64,000 bases of DNA from Lama glama (lineage: Eukaryota), in NCBI GenBank assembly GCA_028534125.1, contig CM052817.1, forward strand, positions 18,912,001-18,976,000, given 5' to 3'. A model generated the notes under the pieces. The model was given only the letters and a program-made list of their open reading frames with translations. It did no database searches and was not told the DNA's origin. Below, in pieces: positions 36,996-51,740 of the stretch (position 1 is its first letter; each line of letters begins with the position of its first letter). A program made the position numbers and the translations under genes.

Positions 36996-38239
36996 ACTAA
37001 AATGCGAAAAGACCAGGAAGAGGGATGAAAGTATCTTCATCATGGAGTTTAAGTAAAAGCTCTCCTGTGTCTCCCAAATTTACCTTTCCTCTCAATTACA
37101 TTATTTCTTAAGCTGTAATTCTTAAAGAAACAGTTATTTTACTGTATCTTCTTTGATTTTTTTTGAAAAAAGATAAACCTTGATTTTAAGACATCTTGTT
37201 GATTACGAGTCTGGAAAATATGTAATTCTTCCTCTTGCTATACAACTTGTCTCTGATATCTGTCTAATTCTGCCTTTCTGTCTTATATTTAATTAAGAAT
37301 CACAGTTAAGTAACTTGAAATAACTTGAGAAGTCATTGCCCCAACTCCTAATGTTACCAAAAAGAAAAGGAATGTGTAAAGTAAGAATAAGATTTGCTGT
37401 CAGTCACATGGTTTGGGAAAAGGAGACACTGGAATCAAGGCGTTCTGACTTGGGTGATTTTTGTTATTACTATGTGATAATTCAGAAGCAAGAGGAAATT
37501 TCATTTAAAGGCCATTAGTGTAACCTGGCAGGGGAAAGACATTTGAGAGCACCTCCTGTTTGAGGTAGGTTTGTTGTCATTGCTGTTGTATTCTCTTTCC
37601 ACCTTTGTGTCCCTATTATTTAGGATAAATCTTGGATGACAGAAATACATTGTTCTTATGGCAATGGGTGCCAAGGTAGATACACTGATACGTATATATC
37701 AGTATCTTAGATCGCTTTTGACATCCTAAAAAGGGCACCGTAACTAACGCTGTGGTTTAAACTGGCCAGAAGCATTTCAGTTCTGATAAATAGTTTTGTT
37801 GAAATGTGCTTATTATTCCTTGACTTCTCAAGACTACCTCACGTAGTCATGAGTAATTCCAACTTGGAATGAGGGGAATTCTTAGGCTATTTTAGCAGGG
37901 TAAATAATGCTTCTACTGTCTTGTCAATATATTTTAATACAGATGAAGGAGAAGATAGAATATACCTGTAATCTCTTTGAAAAGTTAAAAGAAAACAAAA
38001 CAGTAAGAAGGCATAGACCAGGGAGTGCATTTTTCATGTCCACTTATATGCTGAGATAGGCCCTTTGCTTTTAATCAGTTCTTACCTGAGGGACAGATGA
38101 TTCAGAATGAAACAACTTTTCCTATGTGTTGTCATTGAAATCAACAGTAAAGGTCATTCTTCTGATTGACTCACCATAGACATTGCCGAGTTCCTCTTGG
38201 TGAATGGGGCCTGATGCTAAACAGGGACCTGACTGTCTC

Positions 38240-39945
38240 CATAGAGGGTAAGCTTCATGAGGGAAGCTCTCTCTCTCTTTCTTTAATATTCATTGATGTA
38301 TTACCAGGACCAGAATGAGTGCAGTCTGGTCAGAACTCTAATTATGTCTGTTCTGGTATCTCTAATGCCAGGTGTCACATCACCTGGCTCCCGGCATGCT
38401 TTTAATACATTCCTATTTCACTTCCACTCTGAGTCTAGCACCTTCCCATTTGGAGGACCAGGTTTTCTTTACGCTTCTTTGCTGATGCATCTTCTAACTC
38501 CATGTCATTCCGTCTTTATTGAGCATGTTGGCATCGGCTCAAGGTGTTCTTCTGTGCAACTTGTGCCGTATTCATAAGGTTTCAAAATCTACTTGGATGA
38601 TACTTTGAAGAATCTATCTTCACATTTTACTGATTTTCTAATCCTGTCAATTTTACTTTCAGATCTGAGTCTGTATTTTGTCATCACCTGGAATTTCTCC
38701 ATCACTTAAAAATTAAATGAAAATATCTCAACATAGGAACACAAATTTCCATTCTGCCAGTCTGTAATGCCTTTATTTATTTATTTTTATTCAGTGATTG
38801 ATTTTAATTCGCTGGGGCTTCTAGATCTTTTCTCACTTTCCTATCTCAAATTTTGGAACTCAGTTTCCTGTTCGACATTACATAGCTGAGATACCATGTT
38901 CCTTTCTTTCCATCATCCTCGCAGCAACATTCACAGTATCCTTATATCCTTCTCTTTTTATATCCTTTTATTTACTTGTAGGGTGAAGGAGGATTTATTC
39001 TAAAAATCATAAAATTTATGAGCTTAGCATTATGGAAAATAGTAAAAGAAACTTAAGTATTGAAAGTGATAAAGCCAGTTAGGTAACAAATACAATGAGG
39101 TGCTATAACCAGTTAGTCAGTTAATCTGATAGAATTCACCTCTGCCTTCCTTCCTCTCCTACTACTTTAAGCTGTTACATCTAAGCTCAGCTTTTAGAAT
39201 AGGCTTCTATTTAATTCTGCTTATATCTCCTTCTTTATTTCCCAGACAGTTCTCCATACAATGATTAAAAAATTTTCTCAAATGCAAATATAAACATGCT
39301 TAAAATATTCAGTAGTTTTCTTTTTGTTAAATAATTAACTTTCCAATGTTCTTATAGAATAAAATGAGCCCCTCAACTACATACACTTAGAATTAACCCC
39401 CAATATTTTCCCCATTATATGAAGTTACTCCTTATCTGCTCACCACCTCACAACTCAGCTCCACCTGCCAGAAGTCTACTTTATATATATTTTCCCAGAA
39501 ATAATGACATCTTTACAGTTCTCCTAAAAATCAAATTGTCTATGATTTCTGATGTATTCACAAAATCTTCTCTCTACTTAGAATTCTATCCAATAGTGTC
39601 TGTTGTTACATTGTTTTCCATTTCCCCTCAAACACTGAGACTCAGTGAGCTCTTTGTCTGTTTACCTTTGAGACCTCTATATTTTCATCATACATGATAA
39701 AAATATTTAAAAATTCACCCCAGTTTATTTAATAAGAATTCATGAAGGGCTTATTATGTACTTTAATTGCTGCACTGGCACACTTTGCTGTGGATATAGA
39801 CGTAGATATGTAGATAGAGAATTTCCTTTATTAGCATATGAGATTCTGGAGTATGAGCCTGTCTTGTGTTAACTTCTGTGCTAACAGGGCATAGCTCAGT
39901 ACGTGGCAGCTAACAGGAGCCCAGGTAATGGTGATTAAATAAACC
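38240..39945 (+). mobile_element. Patchwork of decayed L2 fragments
   Basis: gtaagcttcatgaggg and atgagattctggag...cctgtcttg...acagggcatagctcagtacgtggca (L2 3' ends), with pyrimidine-rich L2-like body. Confidence 0.4.
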
Positions 39946-41169
39946 AAATTGAATTTTGGCTAGGTCAAATGAGTATATATGACAGAATTTCATGAATATG
40001 GTAATTTCAGGACACTTCTAGACATGATAATAAAGGTTTAATACCATTTTATTATTAAATCTAAACAAATGCAGAGTTCATAATTCAGTGAATGAGAAAT
40101 GCCTTTGCGTTGGGTTCCTATAGTTCTGTTTCTGAATGATCCTTTCTTGCTGATGGATTATGCAAATCTCAGCTGAGGCTTTGCCCTGTGTCCTAGAGGA
40201 ATTAGATACTTTGTAGAGTATGCTGTAAATGCCTAACTTCAATTTATGTTTCCAGAATGTATCATTATAAAACCTGCTGGTTGGTTGCCCTTTTGAAAAG
40301 AAAATCTTTCCAACTGGATTGTATTCAAACATGATAGGTGGAAAAACCAACTTTCTCTTAACTGCTGTTTTTGTCAGTATCAATAGGTTTTCCAACTACT
40401 GTCATACATTCTAATTTAAAAACCACGTGCCTTCTGAAAAATGAGAACTGGGAATGAAAGGCCAGCTTTAAATGTAGAATGCTTTACCCTTAGAATTACT
40501 GCTGAGTACATAGAAAATGAAAATGCTATTTAAAAGTTTAGGAAGTGTCTGATAAGAAATAAAGAGGTCAGAAAATAGTTTCTTCTGATAAGCCTACATT
40601 TCAAATATATTTTATAGGACAGTAAATTGCCTGGATATTTAAAAAAAATAACCAAAATGCGTCACTCAAATTTTGTTTCCCATAATTGTTGGCTTTGCAA
40701 AATTTAACTGATTGAGTTCCCTATTCCTGAACAAAATTAGCAAAATCCCTAAAATCAAAAAGAAATAAAAATAATGATTTTCCCTCTATCATCTCTCTTC
40801 CTATGTGTGTGTATGTTATCAGTATCTTTAAAAAATGGGCTGAGATAGCAGGTAGCTTACAAAATACAGATTATTATAATTTTGTCTTTGCTTCAATTTG
40901 GTAAAAGTTGAGGGAAAATACATGGATATCTTTCCAAGCTTGCTAAAAATATGAATTTGGAGTTTGTTAATTCATATCTCTTTCTATTTCAAAGTGACTT
41001 ATTTGGGAAGAAATCTGAGTCTAAGAGATGATGGCTCAGGTCATCTTTTTCAAAAGATAAAACTGAGGTTCCATCATACATATGTGTTGCATGTGCCTAA
41101 TTTTTGTATATAATTTCAAGGCACATTAAGGAGTCATTTCCATGATTTTTCAAACAAGGTTACATAAAA

Positions 41170-42175
41170 ATTAAGCCTACTCACAAGAACCTTTCAGTTT
41201 ATTGGGGAAGAGACCAGGTACATTACACACTGTGAGTGGTATCGTGAAGATTTGAACTAGTTCATATGGAAATGTAAGCAAAAGGTACTTAATGATGCCC
41301 CCAGATACTGCATCATGGGAAGAGGAGCAGGTAGGTGATGGTTGATGCCTAAGCCAGGCTGCTTAAGCCAGGGAAGGTCATTATAGAGGGAGTCAATGTC
41401 ATATGGAAAGACATGGAATAGAGAAATAACCAGTTTGTTCAGGAAATCCTTTTTAGTTTGAGCTGATGGAAGAATCTGGTATCTACAGGACTATGGTAAA
41501 GACAGAGATAGAACAGAAACCACTTAGGTGAAGAATGCTATTTAGGTAGACAGTCTGGGAGGCACTGTGGTTAACAGTGGATGAAGTAGTCCTAAAGTAG
41601 GGGTCTGGTCGCTGGAAACTTTGCAAGCCATGGTGACTTATTTCAGATTACCGTGTAAATGAAGGCAGCCCTGAAAGCGTAATTAAGCTAAGAAATGGCA
41701 TGGCCGCATTTATATTTTTGGCAGTATCATTCAAATAGCCGTGTGGAGTTTAGCAGAGAATGCAATACCAGGGTCAGGGAAACTAATTTGGAAGCTGGTC
41801 CTGGCAGGAGAATGGTAGGACTTGAGTTCAAGAAATAAGGGTGACAATGAGTAAAAACAAACAAACAAACAAACAAACAAACAAAAAATGAGTACATTAG
41901 CCATGGATGTAGCAGTCCTTGAACACAGAACTCTATGTATGTGTGCATGAGGTGGATGGCGAGGAAGAATTTGCTGATCTGTTTTTCCTGGTTTGTGAAT
42001 TTAGCAACTGGGTAAAACATAGTAGGAATAGTGAGTTTAGGAGAGTTATAAATGCTTTCAGTATTTTCCCTTGGGGTCCACAGAACTGTTACTCAGCTTA
42101 GAGTCCGTCCTTCGGTACAGATTTAGGAGGTATCAGTATGTTCATTAAGATCACAGAGGTGCTCAAAGTATCCCA
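41170..42175 (-). mobile_element. L2 fragment containing (AAAC)n at 41854-41885
   Basis: aattaagctaagaaatggcatggccgcatttatatttt...tgagtttaggag...gatttaggaggtatcag. Confidence 0.6.
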
Positions 42176-42189
42176 GAAGAGGATTTAGA

Positions 42190-42340
42190 GCACTGTTTAT
42201 TAATTTCTGATTGTTATTACAGATAACAGCTTTGAGAATCAGAGCAAATCTGTGACTTCTGCCTCTCCAATTTGGCATTCAATGTCAGGGGACTCATTTC
42301 CTCTAAGAGTGTTCATTGGCCCTAGGTTAAGAACCTCTTG
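42190..42340 (-). mobile_element. MER103C-like hAT fragment
   Basis: ctttgagaatc...aatttggcattcaatgtcagggg...ccctaggttaagaacctc. Confidence 0.55.
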
Positions 42341-43329
42341 AGTCACATGAAGAAAGAAGAGGAGTAGTAATAAAGCCCTCAGGGATGCTCCTCAGTAAAC
42401 CATTAAGGACACTGACTTCAGTTTTGACTGAAAATGTTTTCTGTGATGAGCTCAACTCTGTTGGATATTTCTCACAACCATTGACTCCATGTGCCAATGA
42501 ATTAGTTCATATATCATGATCTTGCAATGTAGACAATATAATTTTAAAGAAAAACAGTGAAAAAAAAATTTCCAAGTCAGGGGACTGCTTTTGTCATCAA
42601 TTATAAGATCTTTAAGGAAATTCATAGTGTTACTTGCCTAGAGCCTGAACTACATTTTTAAAAGCTTATGTAAATAATGCTACTCTTCAATGCATAATTA
42701 AGACTTTTGGCATGACCACCACCACCACCACCAAGCTGCCTGCCAATGTAAGACAATTTACTCCTAGTTAAAAATAGCTCTGGCTAAATTAAAATTGACA
42801 GACAACGAGCCAGTGGTTGGGACTGTTTGTTGAATACTATGCCCCAATTTTGTTAGTGAAGGTATACATCATGCTCCAGTTGGTATTTTATTTGTGAAGC
42901 CAGGAATGATTCCAGTTTCTATAGCTGGTGCCAAGATCTATCATTTAGTCAGTAAAGAGAAGACACGTGCTGCAGACATGTGCCATCACAGTGGGGCGTG
43001 AGCCCTGGGAGAGAACTGGTCCAGGAGGAACGTCTCCCAGTTTCTAGATCTACTCACCTCACGACCCCCTACCATTAAATTCTAATTTTTTAAAATGAGA
43101 ATTAACATTTTCCTAATACTACATGTCAGACACAGCACACAGTAAGGGAGAAGGTAGGACAGCTGGAAGTAGCAGTCTTCAGGTGACATTCTCCCGATTA
43201 TTTTGTTCATTTAACACAAAGAATTGTCACTTCATAGCTACCTTACTACTATTCTCTGTTTTGAAGATTCTAGTATTTCAGTACACATTGTTTTGTACAG
43301 TATCTCTGCCAATTAAAAAGCAAAAATAA

Positions 43330-43560
43330 TAAGTTAGAGAAAACTTGATTAACAGTGAAAAAAGAAACATGTACTTTTAATTTTTGTCATTAAGCGTCCT
43401 GAGGAATGTGATTTCGGAGATCGTTCGTGAGCTCAAAGATGTCATCAGTCTGGGGTCTTCTCATAGTATTGCTCCACCGTGTTCAACATGTTGACTTCTT
43501 TTCCTTAGACGTGTTGTCCCCTGATCATAGGATGGCCACACCAGACCAGGAAGGATGATG
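43330..43560 (-). mobile_element. Old MLT1 fragment
   Basis: gctcaaagatgtcatcag...ctccaccgtgttcaacatgttgactt...gatcataggatggcc. Confidence 0.5.
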
Positions 43561-44344
43561 ACTTTCAAAGGAGGCTCCAGCTCTTGTCTTAACATCTAAA
43601 TATTCGTTGTATAAATAAAACATAGCACTTTAAACAAATTTGAATTAAATTCAAGTTTAATGTATATGCTTACAATTGTTTATAGCATTTATTGCTCTGA
43701 TCAATTTTAAGCAGATTCAAACATCCAGTCATGTAATACAGTAGGCACTGAAGCAATAATGTATGTCTACATGAATTTTTTAATTGAGGAGCATTTACTG
43801 AGCAAATAGAGAATATTCAAACATAGACGTAAGAAATGCTCGTTTCTCATCGAGTGAAACCAACGGTACATACTAATGCAAGCTAACAAACAGTGGGGCA
43901 TACGACAGCACAGTACATACTTACTCTGAAAATAAAGTAGTGTGTACTTAAGAAAGATTGCTTTGCTTTTTTGTCTAGAGGATTTAGTGAGATTATTTAT
44001 ACTTAGTCTACCCTTTGTGTTCAAGGACCTTTATGGATATTTTGCATTATGCTCAGTCATAATGTCTTATCACTTTATGAACATTATGAAATTCATTTAT
44101 TTTCTTTGATAGAACCTGTAATTTTTGAATGAAAAATTCCATGCATAGTACTAAGTATCCAATTACTGTTACATTTTAGCAAGTTCATTTAATGGTGGTT
44201 ACTATAAACACTGATTATGACTCTTATATCATGGTGTTGCACAAGGAATTATCAGTCTTGTCAGTCAGTGTCTATGTAGACAGGAGGAGCTGATAAAAAT
44301 TCTGTATGGCTGAGGAATGATCTAGTATAGCATGTCCAGCCCTG

Positions 44345-44576
44345 AAGAGAGCAGTGATCCTGAATTTATGGTCTAGAATCAAGTAGCACCGAACTGTACT
44401 TGCTCGTTGAACTTGGGGAAGTGACTCAAATTTTCTGTGCCACAGCTTCCTCTTCAGATAACTGGGAGTAAATCCTCGTTAATCTTTTTGTAAGAACTAA
44501 AGGAGGTGATAAACATGAGACACTTAGCACAGAACCTGGCGCTGAGGAGGCCCAAGATAGCTCTTAGCCATTATTC
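44345..44576 (+). mobile_element. MIR (MIRb-like)
   Basis: gaacttggggaagtgactcaaattttctgtgccacagcttcctc...cacttagcacagaacctggc. Confidence 0.8.
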
Positions 44577-44639
44577 GTTAACTGATGAATGGTATCATTT
44601 TGTCACTGGCGTTCAGAAGACCTTGACCATCTACATTAA

Positions 44640-44943
44640 TTTTTAAACTTTTAATTATGATGTAATTAACCTATAATATTATATTAGTGCCAGGTGTAAA
44701 ACATAATGATTTAATATAGGCACATATTGTGAAATGATCAGCAAAATAAGTCTAGTTAATATCCATGACTACACATGATTATAATTTATTTTTTCTTGTG
44801 ATGAGAACATTTAAGATTTACTCTCTTAGCACCTTTCAAACATGCAGTATGGTATCATTAATGATAGTCCCCGTGCTGTTCATTACATCCCAAGTCTGAC
44901 TTCTTTTATAACTAGAAGCTTGTACCTTTTGACCACCTTCACC
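44640..44943 (-). mobile_element. L1 3' end (L1MA9-like or laurasiatherian type)
   Basis: tattgtgaaatgatc...ttcttgtgatgagaacatttaagatttactctcttagca...ataactagaagcttgtaccttttgacc. Confidence 0.88.
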
Positions 44944-45149
44944 TTTCTTTGTAAATCTGAGCTTCAATGTAGTTTGAAAAAAGGTGAATAATAACTCCTG
45001 CTATTTCCACTCCACAAGTTTACTTCGGAAAGCAAATACAATAACAGATGCTGGAGGCAGTGAGTAGTAGTGAAAACAGCCCAGCTTTACAGCTAGACAG
45101 ACCTGCTCTCAAATCCCTGCTCCTTGATTATTCCACATGGAGCGTCCTG

Positions 45150-45700
45150 AATGGAATTGTTAAAATGCAGACTAGATCTTATCATTTTGTCCACCAAAAC
45201 TTTTAATTCTCTATTATCTTAGAATATAATCAACAATCCTTAGGTTTCAGGTAAGGCTCTGTTTGAAGTGGTCCCTTCCTGTATCTTTACTTTCATCTCA
45301 TGTCATGTTCCCATCGTTTGCTAGACTCCAGCCCGCTGCCTTGTCTTGATTGCCTTGTCTTGATTTCCTTGTCATGACCGGAAATTTCCTCACCTTGAGG
45401 ATTTTAAATGAGCTAGTTACTTTACCTGCATTTCCACCCCCCTCCGCATGCAGTTCATCTTTCTGACTTTAATTCATATTCAAGATCTCCTCAGCTGTCG
45501 CTTTCTAAGTCTTCTTTCGTCCCCTAAATCGAACACTGTTTTGATTTCTCCTGGCACTCTTTATTTTGCTTCATATCACTAGATGTAATTATACATTGCT
45601 TGAATGAATATGTATTTGTCTCTTCTGCTCACTTCATGAAAACAAAGGTTATACCCATTTATATCACAACTGTATCACCAGGTTCTAGCATATAATAGAC
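45150..45700 (+). mobile_element. L2 3' fragment
   Basis: aaaatgcagactagatcttatca...ctagactccagcc...tgtatcaccaggttctagca. Confidence 0.6.
45337..45378 (+). repeat. 14-bp tandem repeat, two perfect copies and one diverged (tgccttgtcttgat)
   Basis: Read directly. Confidence 0.85.
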
Positions 45701-46579
45701 TTTTATTGTAGAATACAGAATTAACATAATTCCTTGAAATTTATAGTCCTCACTAGAAAAGATGGATGTTACTAACACTTACCTTGCAGATTGTTTTTAC
45801 ATAGGAAGTAGCATGTTTACAATATCTTCCCTGTGGTAGCTGTCAAAATATGTAATGTTAAGTAATAGTATAAAAGACAGTGCATTTTAAAACAGTAAGT
45901 CAGTTTTGTTCTGTTAAAATGAATGGGGTCACACAAAGGGAACAGAAACATAAATATGACTGGTCCCCTATAGTTCAAATTTAACATATATTTTATTTGG
46001 GGGAACATTTACAAGGAGAGATGTAGCAGAATGCAGTGATCCCCGAAGCTGTTGTCTGGAAGAGGAGGGCTCAGGCTGGACTGGCCACACCTTGGAGCAG
46101 ATGTTAGTGGAGAACTCTCTCCATATCATGGAAGGTCAGGGATAGCCTGGAAAAGTGTACCATGGTGGAAGTTTCTTAGTCAAGAAAGTAGCCTTGTTAG
46201 AAATAGGGAACCTTCAGAGCCCATTCTTTGTTTTCAGTAATTTCTTTCATTGAGTTAACTCAATCTTGATTCTTTTCAAAGCTACCAAAGGTAAGGAGAA
46301 AATTAGCCATCAGTGCCTGTGGCAATTATTCTTTCATAAGGGGGGGAATATATCAGAATTTTTGGCAGAGAAGGTTCTGGATTATTATTCATAGTAAAAC
46401 TTACTATGTTCTTACTTTAGTTCTTTCCTTTTCCCCCCTACTACTTGGGCATCCAGAGTTCTTTTTCCAAATCACTGTTAGTGTTTTGTTTTTTTAAGTC
46501 ACCAGCACTAAATGCCGTACTTGGAATCACAAAAATGCTTGCTGTGTGTTTCCTGAATACAATGAGTGTGGATCATTCA

Positions 46580-46790
46580 GGGAGGTAGTAGTGTAATGAT
46601 TCCACTGTGGAGTGAGACAGGCCAGAACTCAAACACCAGATACATTGTTTCTTGATGATGGAAAATCGAGTTTCTGTTTCTTTTTCTATAATGATGACAG
46701 TAATACCCAGTTCTTAGGATTAATAGCAAATTAAAATAGAAAAGAGATTTTTTTAAATGCTTAATAATGTAAATGGCGTATGATAAGCGA
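46580..46790 (+). mobile_element. Degenerate MIR
   Basis: gtagtagtgtaatg...ctgtggagtgagacag...gtttctttttctataatgatgacagtaatacc. Confidence 0.55.
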
Positions 46791-47499
46791 AAATACATGG
46801 AGGCACACACTATTAGTTTTCATTTTGCTATTACCAGTTTTTCGATACTAGTATAGTTCAGTGTAGGACTTGAAAGATGATGAAGATAGAAAATGTAGTG
46901 AAGAACTACATGCACTAGGACTTTCAGTGAGGAAGGGGAGCAGATTAGAAAGGAAAAGTTGAGAGAGTGAGCCCCAGACACAGAGGTAACAAGTACAAGA
47001 GGTTTGGAACTGATTTAGTGATTCAGACATAGTACGGAGCCTGTGAACTCTAAAAATGTGTAGCTAAACAAATGTGCTTTGTGTTTAATAAGGCAGAAGT
47101 GTCTCTTTTCAGGTATTCATGCCATGTGATCCTGGTAGAAAGATTGTGAGATTGAATGATGACCTTTAGTTCAGTTTTTTAATTAACTTAATACATACAT
47201 CATGATTATCTTTATCAGATTATTTTGCCAGTTTCTTTCTCTCCTGGATGTTTGCAAAGAGAGTACCACCTGTTTATTAGTATATTAAATTCGCTTAAGA
47301 AAAAGAACAACCACTCATTTTTGTTCTCAAGCACTAGGTTATCTTGTGAGTGAAGCAATTGAAGCAGGTCTTCAGTTTTCCACTTCATGATGTTTTTTTA
47401 CCCTCAGCAGTTAACTGTTATTCAGTTATGCATACAGTAGAGGCTATTATTCAGCACATACTGAACAAGAATCTCTTTGTGTCCATATATGTATTTTTT

Positions 47500-47895
47500 A
47501 TTATGATGGTTAAAAGTATGAGTTGTAGAGTTAGTCTCTTTATTTACCATGAAGCAAAGTACCTGACATGTCTAAACATCACTTCACTCACTAGTAAATA
47601 GGAGTGATAAGAGCATTATTGCATTGGCTTGTAGCGACAAGCAAATTAAGTAATGTATATAAAGTGCCTGGCGTTCAGTACGTAAATAATTTTTGGTCAT
47701 ATGACCCACAGACTTCTTTCACGTTGATCATTTAATTAAGATAAGGCTTTAAAGAAAACATACCTCACATCCTTATTTACAGAAGAAAAATCTGAGATTT
47801 AGGAAGTTTATCTCATTTTGATCTTATTTATAGTAGATGGTCAGAACAAGAATTGACCCAGGTATAAAAACCAAGATCCCATGAGAGTTTTCTAG
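47500..47895. mobile_element. Two MIR fragments in opposite orientation (+ then -)
   Basis: atggttaaaagtatgag...aaagtgcctggcgttcagta (+), then tttacagaagaaaaatctgag...aattgacccagg (-). Confidence 0.55.
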
Positions 47896-47908
47896 TTTAA
47901 TACCAGCT

Positions 47909-47926
47909 TGTGTGTGTGTGTGTGTG
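47909..47926 (+). repeat. (TG)9 microsatellite
   Basis: Read directly. Confidence 0.9.
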
Positions 47927-48014
47927 TTTTGCTTTCTTTGTGTACCTGAGGCTGTGAATCAATAATCAACAAGTCAGTTAGTGGGACGAATAAAGGAGGG
48001 GAATTATGAATAAT

Positions 48015-48470
48015 TTAGTTCAGTTCAGCCAGCTTTTACTGAGAACCTGATATAAAGAATGGATTAAATATCTGAATCACATAAAATCCCTGACCAAGAC
48101 AATCTTATAGTCTGTTATGAGAAATACACATTTACAGCATAGAATAAGCAGCACCATAAGTGTGCCCCAGACAGACTTGGCAAGTGGAAACAAGAGGCTC
48201 ACTCTGTCAGGGGAGGGGTAGTTGGTAGGACGGGGCATGTGTATTCTGGAAAGAGTCATAGGGAAGATGATGCTAAAGTAATGTTTTAAAGGATGAACAG
48301 AGTTTCTTACATGAAGGTTCATCCTAGCTGGTGGGAAAAATTCCCAAGAGGGGACACGATGATTTTGAAAATAATAAGCTTAATATCACCTGAATTGAAA
48401 CTTTAAAATTTGGCAGCAGTGGTAAAAAGGAATAAGACTTGTAAGACCAAACCATAAAAGTCCTTTACTG
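48015..48470 (-). mobile_element. L2 3' fragment
   Basis: ttcagttcagccagcttttactgagaacct...tttaaaggatgaacagagttt. Confidence 0.55.
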
Positions 48471-50829
48471 AAATACAAGTTACATCGACTGAGGGAGTGT
48501 GAATATTCCCAGTGGAGAAAAAGGGAAATTGTCTTCTCTCTGTCTCAGAAATTTTCAAGCAGGAAAGAAGTCCTAATCATGGTCTCAAGCCACTCTGTTG
48601 GTGATGCTGGAAAATTCCAGGAGGGCAGGGTTAGAGATCGTTGTGCTTCGTGATCAGAAAGTCTGTCTCTTTGATTTACATGTGAGATTAAACTACTTTG
48701 TTTTACCTCTTGGGCATTATTCGGGGAATTAATGGTACAACACTGGGCATATGAGTGCCGCGGACAGAGAAATACCCAACTTGAGAGACAGCTCTCACAA
48801 GATAGGGTTAAATGGAATTTATATGGTCTCATTTCTAGCTACCGTAATCTTGGGATGTTGTGAAATCCCTTTTAGAGCACGAATTTAATAGAAGTCATCT
48901 AATTAAAAACCCACTAAATAATACTTGTTTTAGCTATTTCTTTAATTGAATGCATGCCATTTACTTTTCAAGGACTTTTAACTGCTGTCCCAGTTGAGAC
49001 TTTAAAAAACAGCTGTTATTTTGACACAATATGGTAAGAGATCAGACATATTTCAGTTGATTGAGCAAATTAAACATGTAGGCCATTTAAAAATAAAAGC
49101 TGATAACTGTCCTAAAACTAATTATCTTACAATATTTCGTGGCAGCACCTGAAACTGAGCAAAGTTGAGACTTTGAGACTCAGTCACTGGGGATTTTAAA
49201 TCTGATAGGGCCCAGTTTGGAACATAAAAACTCAAGTTCTCCATATCCAAGGGCTTCAGCAGTACATCTGCTCCTTCACACACTTAATGGATGCATCTGA
49301 CTTTATCAGTAGGTGCTTCTGAGACAAAGCATTCCTTGCCCAGCAAACAGTGCTGCAGCTACATTCATTAATAGAATTCTTTATATTTGTACAGGGATTA
49401 CTGTCATGACAACAAGGCTCATTATTTTCAGAAGTGTGTGGGTATGTGGGGAGATAGTTAAATCTGAATTTCTCTATGGGTGATAAAGAAACCGACGCAG
49501 GCTTTTTAGAAATCAACTGCCAACCAAATATAAAGATCCGAGTCCATCCTTCGTGAAACAACAAATCAGAGCAACAATTCATGGATTATCACCTATGGGG
49601 AATGAGACCAATACCTATGCTAAACTTTCTGAATAAATTCACTGGAAGACACTCTCAATGTGTATTTTTCACTATATTAAATATATAAAATTATTCAGAA
49701 GCATGCCATATAAAATTGTATTAATGAACTGGATATGCTCTAAGATTATTTTTGTTCCCCACCAAATTCGTAGAAAATTGGTTGAGACTAAAATCTTACT
49801 GTTCATTCAATTGAACTGAAAATCTTCTCTAAATGTAACAGGTCACTTAGTGAAACATCGTTATTATACACATGCAAGAAAATATTTCATAAGTTTTACA
49901 TCTCATGCGTTTTGGTTATCTTCTCGGCTCATCTTCAAACCACCCTTGTTCCAGACTGAACCCTTAGGCATAAGCTGTATTGATGGCCAGTTTGTGTGTT
50001 ACAGAAACACAATAGATGTAAACACTACTTTCGAAGGCTAATCCTCGAAGACATGTGATGACATGGGTTAAGGCATTCAAAATGCATTAAAGAAATATTT
50101 GTCTCCTGTCCCAGGTTTCAACCTTTGTCTGTAGGTCTTCATCCAACTTACCTATCTGGATTCCGGCTTTAGTTTTTGGACTGAAAAGTTTCTCTGTCTT
50201 TCTCTTTCTCTTCTTATTCTAGTCTTGAATTTTTAAAATGTGCCATAAACATATGATATCCAGCACCCTTATTTAGGTATTTTGTAGTTTATTTTGCAGT
50301 AATAAGATTTTTGACAGGATAGTAGTCTTCATGCTTTCACCAATTGAATGGCCACCTATTTTCAGCTTATAAATGGATTTTTAGGGCTCAAAGTATTAGT
50401 AGGAAACTGTTTAGTTACAGAATGGTTTTCCAACATATATATTCAAATACTATATATAGCCGTTAATTTTAGAAGTAAATGTAGTATCTAAAATCAGTAT
50501 AACAAATACCATAGTATAATTTATATTGCTTGTATGTGACCTACTGAATTTATAATTATTAGAAGAAATTTATCTTAGAATGTCTATGAAGAATTGAGAA
50601 ATCTCTTCAGTGAAATGAATAGAGCACTTCCATTATAAAATACAAATAAAAGGCATTGTGTTTGTGGGAGGATTAGAATAGAAAGCTAAGACTACAAAAA
50701 GGAAAGTCTGCTTGCGCCTTATATTATTACTGTTTTTCTTGAAGATTTAGGTTTTTTAAAAAATACATTAGAATTATTTTCTCAAAAGTTACTAAACTAC
50801 CAAAGTAATGCCCCTTACTAGCAGTTTAT

Positions 50830-51740
50830 TTTCAATCATGTGACTGTTTCAGTAGATATTTTTGATAAACTTCAGTAATCGTTCACAATGAAAATTTTTA
50901 TCAAATTGGAATTAGAAAGAAACTTCTTATTCTGATAAGTATATGTACATTTTAAAAATTGCAGCAAACCTCACACTTCATTTCGAAATGTTGAAAGATT
51001 TTTCTTTAAATTTGCCAAACCAAGAAAAAAAGTTCCCCACATCTCTACTCCTGTTTCTCTTTGTGCTGGAAACCCACCTTCTCAGTAAGGCAACAAAAGT
51101 AAATACATTTGTAAGGACTGATCAAGAAGGATCAAAGTTGCTATTATTTTTGCATTATATTGTGTACAGAAAATTTAGAAAAATCAACACATATTACAAA
51201 TGTTACAACAAAATAATACAGAATAATCAATTGAATTTATATGTGTATACAAACCAAAAAACCTAGAACATTTTCAAAGAAATATTGAAATATTATAAAA
51301 AATAAAACATACATAGTAATTGATATCTAATAGGCAAGAACTCTTAGAAAATTGTTATACTTAAGAGTGATGCATTTGAGAATTGAATAAATCTGTTGAT
51401 ATTCCAGATATGGATAGGAAAACTCAATATTGTAAATACGTCAGATGTCTTCAAATTGATTGATAGTTTTAATGTAATCCCAACCCAGTTGCAACACTTA
51501 TTTTAGGAGAAAGCTGATTTTCACATTTATAGGAAATCAATTGCAAAGAGTCAATAATTGCCAAGATCATCTTGAAGGGGGAGAATACGGATTCAGGACT
51601 TGTTCTACAAAATATCATTTATCTATTATAAAGCTATATAAATTCTGCAGAGGAGAATTGGTGCAGGGATAGACCATAGAGAGGCTGGAAATAGATCACA
51701 CATATAGAGATGCTTAGTATTTGGCAGGGGTCACTGAAAA
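50830..51740 (+). mobile_element. Old L1M ORF2 reverse-transcriptase region, decayed
   Basis: ORF 50943-51266 IAANLTLHFEMLKDFSL...PTSLLLFLFVLE...SKLLLFLHYIVY resembles L1 RT PTANIILNGEKLKAFPL...PLSPLLFNIVLE...VKLSLFADDMIVY. Confidence 0.85.

Noticed and set aside
45778..45856. Minus-strand 57-nt open exon candidate with AAG|GTAAGT donor
   Set aside because: Overlaps MIR-like sequence, the peptide is unrecognised, and no partner exons were found.
46249..46264. Perfect 16-bp palindrome attgagttaactcaat
   Set aside because: About one is expected by chance in 64 kb (64000/4^8).
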